A stretch of DNA of 64,000 nucleotides. Origin: Alphaproteobacteria bacterium. Its GTDB lineage: Bacteria; Pseudomonadota; Alphaproteobacteria; CALKHQ01. Every line of letters begins with the position of its first letter. Position 1 is the first letter of the stretch. This document shows, piece after piece, positions 47,114-56,316 of the stretch. The position numbers were made by a program, and so were the translations under genes. The DNA is taken from positions 896,001 to 960,000 of the forward strand of contig CBDDFZ010000002.1 in the NCBI GenBank assembly GCA_965227515.1. The letters run 5' to 3'. The notes beneath the pieces were generated by a model, which was not told the origin of the DNA, made no database searches, and saw nothing but the letters and a program-made list of their open reading frames with translations.

Positions 47114-48907
47114 ATGGGTACGGCCTATCCGATCACGGATCACAGCTATGACGTGGTGGTCGTCGGCGCCGGCGGCGCCGGTTTGCGCGCCACGTTCGGC
47201 ATGGCCGAGAAGGGGCTGAAAACCGCCTGCATCACCAAGGTGTTCCCCACCCGCAGCCACACGGTGGCGGCGCAGGGCGGCATCTCCGCCGCGCTGGGCA
47301 ACATGGGCGCCGACAACTGGCGCTGGCACATGTACGACACCGTCAAGGGCTCCGACTGGCTGGGCGACCAGGACGCCATCGAATACATGTGCCGCGAGGC
47401 GATCCCCGCCGTGGTCGAGCTGGAGCACTATGGCGTGCCGTTCAGCCGGACCGAGGCGGGCAAGATCTACCAGCGCCCGTTCGGCGGCATGACCACCGAG
47501 TTCGGCGACGGCCCCGCCGCCCACCGCACCTGTGCGGCGGCCGACCGCACCGGCCACGCCATCCTGCACACCCTCTACCAGCAGGCGCTGCGCTGCGAGG
47601 CGGAGTTCTACATCGAGTATTTCGCCCTCGACCTGATCATGGATGAAGAGGGCCAGTGCCGCGGCGTGATGGCCTGGAACCTCGACGACGGCTCGATCCA
47701 CCGCTTCACCGCCAAGACCGTGGTGCTGGCGACCGGCGGCTATGGCCGGGTCTATTTCTCCTGCACCTCCGCCCACACCTGCACCGGCGACGGCGGCGGC
47801 ATGGCGCTGCGCGCCGGCCTGCCGTGCCAGGACATGGAGTTCATCCAGTTCCACCCGACGGGCATCTATGGCGCCGGCTGCCTGATCACCGAGGGCGTGC
47901 GCGGCGAGGGCGGCTACCTCACCAACTCCGACGGCGAACGCTTCATGGAGCGCTACGCCCCCTCGGCCAAGGACCTGGCCAGCCGCGACGTGGTCTCGCG
48001 CTCGATGACCATCGAGATCCGCGAGGGCCGCGGCGTCGGCCCCAACAACGACCACATCCACCTGCATATCGAGCATCTGGATCCGGCGGTGATCCACGAG
48101 CGCCTGCCCGGCATCGCCGAGACCGCGCGCATCTTCGCCGGCGTCGACGTGACCACCGACCCGATCCCGGTGCTGCCGACCTGCCATTACAACATGGGCG
48201 GCATCCCCACCAACGTGCATGGCGAGGTGCTGCAGCCGACCGAGAACGACCCGGACGCGGTGGTGCCCGGCCTGATGGCGATCGGCGAGGCGGCGTGCGT
48301 GTCGGTGCACGGCGCCAACCGGCTCGGCTCCAACTCGCTGCTGGACCTGGTGGTGTTCGGCCGCGCCGCGGCCATCCGCGCGGCGGAGAAGATCGACCCG
48401 GCCGAACGGGTGCCGAGCCTGCCGCCCGATGCCGGTGAGAAGGCGCTGGACCGGCTCGACCGGTTCCGCCACGCCGACGGCGGCACCCGCACCGCGCACC
48501 TGCGGCTGGAGATGCAGAAGGCGATGCAGGAGAACTGCGCGGTGTTCCGCACCGGCGAGGTGCTGGCCGAGGGCGTGGAGAAGGTGGGCGAGGCCTATGG
48601 CAAGCTCGCCGACCTTCAGGTCTCCGACCGCTCCATGGTGTGGAATTCCGACCTGATGGAGACCCTGGAGCTCGACAATCTGATGGTCCAGGCCAAGGTC
48701 TCGATCGAGAGTGCGGCCAACCGCGAGGAGAGCCGCGGCGCCCACGCGCGCGAGGACTTCGCCGACCGCAACGACGAGGAATGGATGAAGCACACCGTCG
48801 CCTGGTGCGCCGACGACGGCACCGTCACCCTCGGCTACCGGCCCGTGCACATGCAGCCGATGACCAACGAGGTGCAGTCATTCCCCCCGAAGGCAAGGGT
48901 GTATTAA
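47114..48907 (+). CDS. sdhA: Succinate dehydrogenase flavoprotein
   Basis: [33 protein letters not shown]. Confidence 0.98.
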   Translation: MGTAYPITDHSYDVVVVGAGGAGLRATFGMAEKGLKTACITKVFPTRSHTVAAQGGISAALGNMGADNWRWHMYDTVKGSDWLGDQDAIEYMCREAIPAVVELEHYGVPFSRTEAGKIYQRPFGGMTTEFGDGPAAHRTCAAADRTGHAILHTLYQQALRCEAEFYIEYFALDLIMDEEGQCRGVMAWNLDDGSIHRFTAKTVVLATGGYGRVYFSCTSAHTCTGDGGGMALRAGLPCQDMEFIQFHPTGIYGAGCLITEGVRGEGGYLTNSDGERFMERYAPSAKDLASRDVVSRSMTIEIREGRGVGPNNDHIHLHIEHLDPAVIHERLPGIAETARIFAGVDVTTDPIPVLPTCHYNMGGIPTNVHGEVLQPTENDPDAVVPGLMAIGEAACVSVHGANRLGSNSLLDLVVFGRAAAIRAAEKIDPAERVPSLPPDAGEKALDRLDRFRHADGGTRTAHLRLEMQKAMQENCAVFRTGEVLAEGVEKVGEAYGKLADLQVSDRSMVWNSDLMETLELDNLMVQAKVSIESAANREESRGAHAREDFADRNDEEWMKHTVAWCADDGTVTLGYRPVHMQPMTNEVQSFPPKARVY

Positions 48908-49075
48908 TTGCCAACTTGAGCAAGAGGGGATTACTATCGAGCAAATCTGGAAGGACCGATCTCTGCCAGGACAAGAATGATGCAATTGCAAATCTGAATT
49001 TGAAATAATTCAAAAACCTCAAACCGTCGAGCATATGGCCATGCACCACCATGTTGCCAAACTGGGATACCGAAG

Positions 49076-50271
49076 ATGACCAGCAATACTAATGAGAAAC
49101 AAGATAAAACCCTTTTTTTGTCATTCTTTGGTGATGGTCCATATTGGTCCGATTTTCTACATATTCTAGCGTATCCATCAAATATAAATTATATCTGGCC
49201 TTTCCGTTACGACGGATCGTTAATAGAACCCTCACTGATTGAATTTTTAATCGCCAAAAAAATATTAAAAGTCTAATTGGTCAGAATATAGTGATTGGAA
49301 CAAGATTCCAAGATCAAAAATATTTTGAAAAATTCTATCCAATTCGAACGGCCCAACTCAAGAGACTTCAAGATGAAGCGGGAATATACCAATTCCACTT
49401 TGTTCTAGATCGGGCGTTTGACTACACAGATGCTGGCAGTTTGGCGGACAAAGGGGTGAGCGTTGAAACTAATACAAACTACCTCGCCTTCCTTGAGCCG
49501 AAAGACAAAAATCTACCTTCATTATGTAGCGACGAAAATGAAAGCAATAACTGGGGTGCATTTTCCAAGATAATATCGGACGAGAGAATCTTACCAATTG
49601 CACCTCAAGCCAGGAATGCACTTTGGCTTCATTTTCCAAAACCTAACACAGAAAATAGCAATCTACGACGTGGAATTCAAACAGTCTCCAACAGTATGCT
49701 ATGGTGGCGTCGCAGATCAGCCGAACGTAGCTTCTATCTTTATGCTGGCGAGAAATCACGCCTTACGTATGCTCACAAGGTGCCTTCACTCGATTCAGTC
49801 AATACCACACTAGGCGAAATTGATATCCAAGTCGAGGTCGACACCAATAAACTTGATGTAGGTACCGTTGGCTCGCGTGCGATCGGTAACTATGGTGTCC
49901 AAGAAATTACAATATCCGCCCTAAAGCCAACCTACATTGGTAGAAAGATTACGTATAAATTTTCCGATACTGAATTACATTCGCAGAATGGCAAAAATAT
50001 TATTAGTACCAATGCATTTGAAATTCCGATTTTCGTTCGTTGGTCACTGTTGAATTGGGTTAAGACGTCGCTGCTACCGTTCTTTATACTGTTCATATCG
50101 CTTTTTGTGTTAGGATTGTCGGGCTTCTTGGAGAAAAACATGGAAAAGATAATCTCCGGCACATTGTCATTCGATGTATTGCTCCAGAACTGGCAGTTTG
50201 TGATTGTTATTATTCTCGCATCGGCTGCCGCAACATTGGCAATTCCGTTCTTTAAAGATAAGGAAAAATGA
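49076..50271 (+). pseudogene. Hypothetical membrane protein (2 C-terminal TM), split by a -1 frameshift near 49244-49262
   Basis: ORF 49076-49276 and the frame of ORF 49291-50271 overlap without stops from 49243; T5 and A7 runs lie in the overlap. Confidence 0.62.
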
Positions 50272-51299
50272 GAAAAATGTTAGATATATCGCCCGAAATT
50301 ACAAATATCTACGGCCGTGATTTTGTGATGTTAGACCAAGACGATCAAGAGAGATTAGTTGACCTGGCATTTTCATACTGGAGATCAAAAGGGTTTCCTT
50401 ACCCACCAGTTCATCGGAAAATAGCCGTGCGCGAACTCGCGTTGTTGAAAGAAATAACCGCCTATGAGAGCGAACGCATTTTTAGACGATCGTCGACAGT
50501 TGGCCTTCGCACCGCAAATGGATGCCAACCGAAGTTATGGGAGGCGCGCGTTAAAGGACGTTCGCCGCTCCAGTGCTTTGAAGACGACGAGAGTTTGCGC
50601 GCTATTTTGAGAAAGGCAGCGAAGTTGAGGCCGGATCGTCGTTGCTGGTCCGCAAATGAGGTGCGGACCTTTTGTGGTCTGTTTAACCGGTCAAGAGTTT
50701 CAAATTTCCGACCTACAGTCGCGAAGATCATCTACGAAATGTATAGTTCAAAAGGTGATCCGGTTCTCGATTTTTCAGCCGGTTACGGAGGTCGGGCTTT
50801 TGGCGCTCTAGCCTGTGATAGGCTATACTATGGTGTTGATCCAGAGGGAGCGCATATTTCTGGAATACATAAAATGGCCAAGATGGTAGGCGGCAAGGTA
50901 AAATTGCTTAATGATTGCGCAGAGGACGTGCTATGCAACTTCCCCGCAAGTTCGTTTTCTTTGGTATTTTCAAGTCCACCATATTTTAGTTTAGAGAAAT
51001 ACTCTGACGATGGGAGGCAAAGCTATATACGATATCCAGGGTATGAGATGTGGTTGCGGTATTTTCTAAAGAAAATCATTTTAAGATCATTTGAAATATT
51101 GGAAAAGGGCGGATTTTTTATCGTGAATATTGCAAATATATCCAAATTTGATTTGGCAAACGACTTTAGTAATATGGCCACAGAGGTATTCGGCGATAGA
51201 GTGGCTTTGCACTCTATGTTTGTTAGGAGCAATCCATCCTATACTTACAAGTATGGCGTGACGTCGCGCGTGGAGCCGATTTTTGTTTTTCGCAAATAG
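50268..51299 (+). CDS. SAM-dependent amino-methyltransferase (N4C/N6A-like)
   Basis: Motif I VLDFSAGYGGR, Y.GVDP, motif IV FSSPPYF.LEKY; ATGA overlap with the upstream gene. Confidence 0.82.
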   Translation: MRKMLDISPEITNIYGRDFVMLDQDDQERLVDLAFSYWRSKGFPYPPVHRKIAVRELALLKEITAYESERIFRRSSTVGLRTANGCQPKLWEARVKGRSPLQCFEDDESLRAILRKAAKLRPDRRCWSANEVRTFCGLFNRSRVSNFRPTVAKIIYEMYSSKGDPVLDFSAGYGGRAFGALACDRLYYGVDPEGAHISGIHKMAKMVGGKVKLLNDCAEDVLCNFPASSFSLVFSSPPYFSLEKYSDDGRQSYIRYPGYEMWLRYFLKKIILRSFEILEKGGFFIVNIANISKFDLANDFSNMATEVFGDRVALHSMFVRSNPSYTYKYGVTSRVEPIFVFRK

Positions 51300-51321
51300 A
51301 AGCGAGTTGTAGAGAATTGCG

Positions 51322-52125
51322 ATGATTTGTTTTGATACACCGGTCGAAGAATATTCGGTAGATGGGCGTGTTGTTTGGGTGAAAAGGGACGATTTGTTTC
51401 TTTCTGCTCCAGCTCCTGGTCTGGGAAAACTTCGAGGGCTGGTCAAGGCTATGGATCGCCTAAGAAAAGATTGCCAGTTCCATGTTGGTTGTTTTGAAGC
51501 AAGTAAATCGAAAGTTGGCCATGCAGTTGCTGCGGTGTGTAGTATTTACGAGGGTTTTGAGTGTACGGTTGTTTATCCTCAGTTTGGGCGTAGCCCAATT
51601 GGCGAAAGTGTTAGTCGCGCGAAGACGTTAGGCGCTGCAGTGGCGGCAGTTCGCGGCAATCACGTTCCAATTAATCATTTTCAGGCAAAACGTATAGTGG
51701 AGGCCCGAGGTGGTTGGATGATTCCATTTGGTTTTGAGTTTCCAGAGTCAATAGAGGCGGTAGCTCTAGAAGCAGCTAGTTTGGGTGATCATCTGGTAAT
51801 GGACGGAACGGTTGTAGTTCCGAGCGGGTCTGGGGTCACACTGGCGGGGGTGTCGCTGGGACTGGCGCAGCGTCCGCGGCGAATTATAGGTGTGTCGGTT
51901 GGCCGATCAGTAGCGGGAATTATGAAGTGTTTGGACAGGTGGGGAGTTAATGATCTTTCTCGTATCGATATCATCGGGCCGGAAAAAAGATACAGTGAGC
52001 CGGCAGAAGGTCGTGTTCCTTTTCCATGTGATCCGTATTACGATCAGAAAGCCTGGAATTACCTTAGAGTATGCATCAATGAGTTTGATCGAGGTCCCGT
52101 GTTATTTTGGAACGTTGGAAGTTAG
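51322..52125 (+). CDS. Fold-type II PLP enzyme (ACC deaminase/D-cysteine desulfhydrase-like, short form)
   Basis: TPV..VWVKRDDL..GKLR (PLP Lys), VPSGSGVTLAG, DPYYDQKA, LFWNVG. Confidence 0.82.
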   Translation: MICFDTPVEEYSVDGRVVWVKRDDLFLSAPAPGLGKLRGLVKAMDRLRKDCQFHVGCFEASKSKVGHAVAAVCSIYEGFECTVVYPQFGRSPIGESVSRAKTLGAAVAAVRGNHVPINHFQAKRIVEARGGWMIPFGFEFPESIEAVALEAASLGDHLVMDGTVVVPSGSGVTLAGVSLGLAQRPRRIIGVSVGRSVAGIMKCLDRWGVNDLSRIDIIGPEKRYSEPAEGRVPFPCDPYYDQKAWNYLRVCINEFDRGPVLFWNVGS

Positions 52126-52241
52126 CGCTCATGGCATATGTAAATCGGATGGAGCGGTAGCGAAATCCGGGAATATACTTTCAACGGTTAGTCCACTTGC
52201 GCAGGATTGAACTTCGTTCCATCCGGGCTGCAAGGGCTGGG

Positions 52242-52551
52242 CTAACCGACCGGCTTCACCTCGGCGGACAACGTGATACCCAACGCCCGCATCACGCCGA
52301 GCAGTGTGGGGAGGCGTGGGTCGCCGTCTTCGCTAAGAGACTTGTACAGCGCCTCGCGAGTCACGCCGGCCTGTCGCGCGATTTCGTAGTTGCACTGGGG
52401 GTCATGCCGCGGGCGCGGGCGCGGGCGATCACGCCGAGTACTTGGGCGACTAAGCCGCTTTGCCGCTGGCCAGTGCGTCGCGTAACAACTCCGCCTGTGA
52501 TTCTGGCGTGGTCATATTTCGCGCAGCATCGAATGCTTCGGTCTTGACCAT
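52242..52551 (-). pseudogene. Degraded addiction-module antidote (HI1420-like HTH)
   Basis: MVKTEAFDAA..ALASG, then frameshifted LGVIARAR.GMT and EIARQAGVTREALYKSLSEDGDPRL.TLLGVMRALG. Confidence 0.78.
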
Positions 52552-52576
52552 ATTGGTTGTCCTATCACGGTGAAAT

Positions 52577-52897
52577 CCCCTCGCCCAGTCGGGAAGCCGC
52601 AGGCGTACCGGCGCGGGAGAGGGAGGGGTCGCGAGCCGCAGGTTCGTGGGAGGGTGAGGGCCGGCGCGGGAAGCTGGCATGTGTTCTGAGTTCGGGCAAG
52701 GGGGTGTGGTTGTATGCCGGCGTGGTCGTTCGGCAACCGATTTGGTGCAGACCCTCACCCTCCCAGCCTTTGGCTGGGCCCCTCCCTCTGCCGAAATGGG
52801 AGAGGGGGAAGATGCGCTGGCACGTTTCGCGTTCTGAATTGCCCTCACCCTCCCAGCCTTCGGCTGGGCCCCTCCCTCTCCCGAAATGGGAGAGGGG
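52577..52897. repeat. Family B REP-like cluster: two direct 56-nt copies (52752, 52842) plus a degenerate inverted copy
   Basis: ccctcaccctcccagcctt(t/c)ggctgggcccctccctct(g/c)ccgaaatgggagagggg x2. Confidence 0.85.
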
Positions 52898-52917
52898 ATG
52901 GCGTCCGCGTTCGTCCC

Positions 52918-53994
52918 CTAAAACACCAACCGCCGGTTTGTGCGCGGGATCATCCGCACCATGTCGGCGGAGGGGTGGGACAGGCGCGGCGGGCTGTCGA
53001 TCTTCTGCGGTTGGCCGGTTTCCGCCGCCGCTTCGATCGCGCGCAGCACGCGTACGTCGGCCAGGCCCTCGGCCCCGTCGGGCTCGGGCTGGGTGCCGCT
53101 CTTGATGCAGTCGGAGAAATAGGCGGTCTGCGCGCCGAAATGGTCGATGTCGGCGAACGTCTCCTCGCGGATGATCTTGTCGTTCTGGCGCAGGATCATG
53201 TGCGTCGGCGTCTCGAACCGCAGCCCCGGGCGCATCTCGATCTCACCCTCGGTGCCCATGATGCGATAGGTGTCGATGCCGGCGGCATCGAAGCTGACGG
53301 TGAACTTGGCGATGCTGTCGTCGGGGAAGCGCAGCACGGCGGTCATGTTCTGCTCCACCTCGGCGAAGCGCGGGTCGTTGCCGTGCACCTTCATGGCGCG
53401 GGCCTCCACCGGCTCGGCCCCGAACAGGTGGCGGCAGGCGTTGACGCAATAGACGCCCAGATCCTGGAACGGGCCGCCCCAGTGCTCGGCCAGCAGGCGG
53501 TGGTTGCCGGCCGGCGCCACGAACGAGAAGTCCGAGCTGAAATAGCGCGGCGTGCCGATGGCGCCCTCGCGCACCAGGCGGATCGCCTCCACCGTGCCGG
53601 GCTCGCAGTGCAGGCGGTAGGCGGTCATCAGCAGCGCGCCGCCTTCCTCGCCCGCCGCGATCATCGCCTCGCACTCTGCCTCGTTGATCGCCAGAGGCTT
53701 CTCGACCATGGCGTGGATGCCCCGCTTCAGCGCGCGGATCGAATAGTCGGCATGCATCGAGTTGGGCAGCGCCACATAGACCGCGTCGAACGTGCCGGCG
53801 GCCAGCGCCGCGTCGTACTCGTCGTACGCGTAGATGTGCTCGATGCCATAGAACTCGGCGAGCTTGGCGGCGTTGTCCGGACTGCCGGAGACGATGGCCG
53901 TCATCACGGAGTTGTCGGTCTGGGGGACCGCCGGCATGAACGCCTCCTGCGAGATCCAGCCCGCGCCGACAATTGCGTATCTCACCTTATCCAT
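52918..53994 (-). CDS. Gfo/Idh/MocA oxidoreductase
   Basis: GAGWI, VYVALPNSMH, EKPLA, DLGVY. Confidence 0.9.
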   Translation of the reverse strand: MDKVRYAIVGAGWISQEAFMPAVPQTDNSVMTAIVSGSPDNAAKLAEFYGIEHIYAYDEYDAALAAGTFDAVYVALPNSMHADYSIRALKRGIHAMVEKPLAINEAECEAMIAAGEEGGALLMTAYRLHCEPGTVEAIRLVREGAIGTPRYFSSDFSFVAPAGNHRLLAEHWGGPFQDLGVYCVNACRHLFGAEPVEARAMKVHGNDPRFAEVEQNMTAVLRFPDDSIAKFTVSFDAAGIDTYRIMGTEGEIEMRPGLRFETPTHMILRQNDKIIREETFADIDHFGAQTAYFSDCIKSGTQPEPDGAEGLADVRVLRAIEAAAETGQPQKIDSPPRLSHPSADMVRMIPRTNRRLVF

Positions 53995-54072
53995 CTTCCC
54001 CTCCCATTTAGGCCCATGACTGTGGGCGTTTCGCTTGGTGTGATCGAGTGTTTGTGTGTTCGCGCCTTTACC

Positions 54073-55047
54073 CTAGTCCGGCGCGGCGTCGCTCGCCGGG
54101 ATGATCGAGCTTCCCGGCATGGCCGTGCTCTGCGCGGGCGGTGCCGGCATGGCTTGCATGCGCGCGTCCTGGTTGGCGTTGATGCGGCGGATCAGGACCA
54201 CCAGCGGTAGCACACCGCCGATGGCGAAAATGGCGGCGATCAGGTCCAGCCACGAGCCGGTCAACATTCGCGACAGGAAGGACGAGATGTCGCGCTGCTG
54301 CAAGGCGAACTCGCCGGTGCGATAGAAGCCGGCGGCGATGCCGCCCCCGATGGAACTGGCCAGCCAGAAGAACCACCACCAGCCGACGACGGTGGCGGGC
54401 TGCATCTGCCAGCGCTCGGGCTGGCCCGCGCTGGCGCGATAGACCTCGGCCGTCAACTGATACGGGCGGAAGAAGCTCATGATGGGCACGAACCACCAGC
54501 CGACCGCCCAGCCCGGCCCCCACCGCGCATTGTCGACGCCCAGTGCCGGCAGATTGGCGCGGGCCCGCGACAGCCAGCACATCATCGCCGCGCCGGTCGC
54601 GATGGTCAGCAACAGGGTGAGGCTGCTCGCCCAGACGACGAACATGTCGCTGGCGTCGGCGTCGGCGAAGTCGACGTCCTCCCCGGCTTGCACCGCGGCC
54701 AGGATGGCGATCTGCCCGTACAGAGCGACGATGAGAACGGCCTTCGCCACCGCCGTCAGCACCAGCAGCCCGACCGTCAGCGCGCCCGGCCCGGTCGGCG
54801 AGCGAAAAGTCTTGGTGGCGTGGTTGGTGATATTGCGGCTGGCCGCGACGATGACGACGATCAGAAGGACGATGCCGGCAATCGCCACCACCGCCAGCAG
54901 CGTGGTCGCCTGTTGCTGCAGGTCCGCGTCGGACTGCGCCAGGGCTGGCTGGCACCACAGCAGCGCGGCCGCAAGCCACACCAGCCACGCCGGACCGCGC
55001 CAACCAGGGCGGTGGCGGTTGGCCCGCCTACTCGGCAAGCAGGGCAT
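54073..55047 (-). CDS. DUF4328-like membrane protein
   Basis: W..RAR.N, WAVGWWFVPI....PY, WW.FW; start uncertain. Confidence 0.72.
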   Translation of the reverse strand: MPCLPSRRANRHRPGWRGPAWLVWLAAALLWCQPALAQSDADLQQQATTLLAVVAIAGIVLLIVVIVAASRNITNHATKTFRSPTGPGALTVGLLVLTAVAKAVLIVALYGQIAILAAVQAGEDVDFADADASDMFVVWASSLTLLLTIATGAAMMCWLSRARANLPALGVDNARWGPGWAVGWWFVPIMSFFRPYQLTAEVYRASAGQPERWQMQPATVVGWWWFFWLASSIGGGIAAGFYRTGEFALQQRDISSFLSRMLTGSWLDLIAAIFAIGGVLPLVVLIRRINANQDARMQAMPAPPAQSTAMPGSSIIPASDAAPD

Positions 55048-55684
55048 CGACCACCCCTTGGGTCAGGATGCCGACCTGCGGCGCCGGGCCGCCGGTCTCC
55101 GCGGCGATGAAGCGCGAAATCCCGCGGCGGACGTCGTTGTCGATCACGCCGTCGATCGGCCCGTCATAGAGCCGGCGGTCGGCCAGCGCCTGTTGCACTG
55201 CCATCGCCTCGTCGGCCTCCATCGCGCGTTCCAGCACGACATAGGCCGCCCCGTTCGCCGCCATGGAGATCATCACCCGCGCATCCACTTGCACGAACTC
55301 GACGAACGGCTCCTCATGGCAGGTCACGCTCACCGGCACGAAGTTGGCGGCGTCGCCGCCGACGGGCAGCATCAGGTCCGCCAGGCTGGGCTCCTCGGCG
55401 ATGATGTCGGGGCCGGCGCCCTCGTCCCAGTACCAGAGGTCGCAGGTGCGCCCGTCATGCCATTCGAAGGTCTGGCCGATGAAGACGGAGCGGCCGAGCG
55501 GGGTTTCGCGCACCGCGGCGTTCTGGGCATCCGGCGTGGCGGCGACCATGCTGGCGATCCGGTGGTCGACGACGACGAAGCGCTCGGGGTTGTCACCGTC
55601 CAATGGCGCGCCGGCCCAGGCCGGCAGCACGGCAGCGGCCGCGATCAGCATGGCCAGCGGGGCCACGCGCAGTTGTTTGAACAT
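55028..55684 (-). CDS. Secreted protein with C-terminal peptidoglycan-binding domain
   Basis: Signal peptide; VQQALADRRLYDGPIDG. Confidence 0.75.
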   Translation of the reverse strand: MFKQLRVAPLAMLIAAAAVLPAWAGAPLDGDNPERFVVVDHRIASMVAATPDAQNAAVRETPLGRSVFIGQTFEWHDGRTCDLWYWDEGAGPDIIAEEPSLADLMLPVGGDAANFVPVSVTCHEEPFVEFVQVDARVMISMAANGAAYVVLERAMEADEAMAVQQALADRRLYDGPIDGVIDNDVRRGISRFIAAETGGPAPQVGILTQGVVDALLAE

Positions 55685-55835
55685 CGTTCGCCCCCCGGCG
55701 TTGCATGGAGATCGAGAAGGAAGGATCACCATACGCCATCGCAGGACGATTCGCAGCGAACGGGGCATGGCCGCGGCAATTTCGTGATTTCGACCACGAT
55801 CTCGCCAGCAGCCATGCTCGTTTTGTCAGTTTCTC

Positions 55836-56174
55836 CTACCGCTCCTCGGTGTCCAGCGAGCGGATGTAGGCGATGATGTCGTCGACCCGGTCGCTGTGCA
55901 GCACCGGACCCAATTGCGGCATGCCGATGTGCGGCGAGTAGATGCGATTGCGGATGCCGCGGTCGGTGCGATAGAGCGCGATGGACGCGAAGCTCGGCGG
56001 CTCCTGCTTGAAGTAGAGCTCGGGCCCGACGACGTGGCACTCGGCACACATCTGCTCGGCCAGCGCCATGCCGGCTTCCGGGTCGCCGTCCTGCGCGGTC
56101 GCAACCGCGCCGGTGGCGCACACGCCCGTCACCGCCAAGCCGGCGGCGACCATTGCATTTTTCACTCGTGTCAT
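55836..56174 (-). CDS. Periplasmic monoheme cytochrome c
   Basis: Signal peptide, GDPEAG, CAECH, H.GMP, IIAYIRSL. Confidence 0.9.
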   Translation of the reverse strand: MTRVKNAMVAAGLAVTGVCATGAVATAQDGDPEAGMALAEQMCAECHVVGPELYFKQEPPSFASIALYRTDRGIRNRIYSPHIGMPQLGPVLHSDRVDDIIAYIRSLDTEER

Positions 56175-56316
56175 CGAACCCTCCTTCGACTTGGCGCCCC
56201 GATCTGGGCGCCGGCGCCGGAAGGGCTCCGGGGAACTCTCCCGGTACCATTAACGTGGCGTGATGGCGCGCGGCGCACAAGTCGTTTGGCGGCACACCAA
56301 TTGTCGCGGGACGGCC

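Larger units (their letters stand above)
48908..52200. other. AT-rich horizontally acquired island
   Basis: Abrupt composition change at the sdhA stop codon (e.g. line 49321 has 23/60 G+C versus GC-rich flanks). Confidence 0.88.

Noticed and set aside
52752-52897. Two direct repeats with a 34-nt spacer resembling a mini-CRISPR
   Set aside because: Repeats are 56 nt, only two, belong to the dispersed CCCTCACCC palindrome family, and no cas genes are present.
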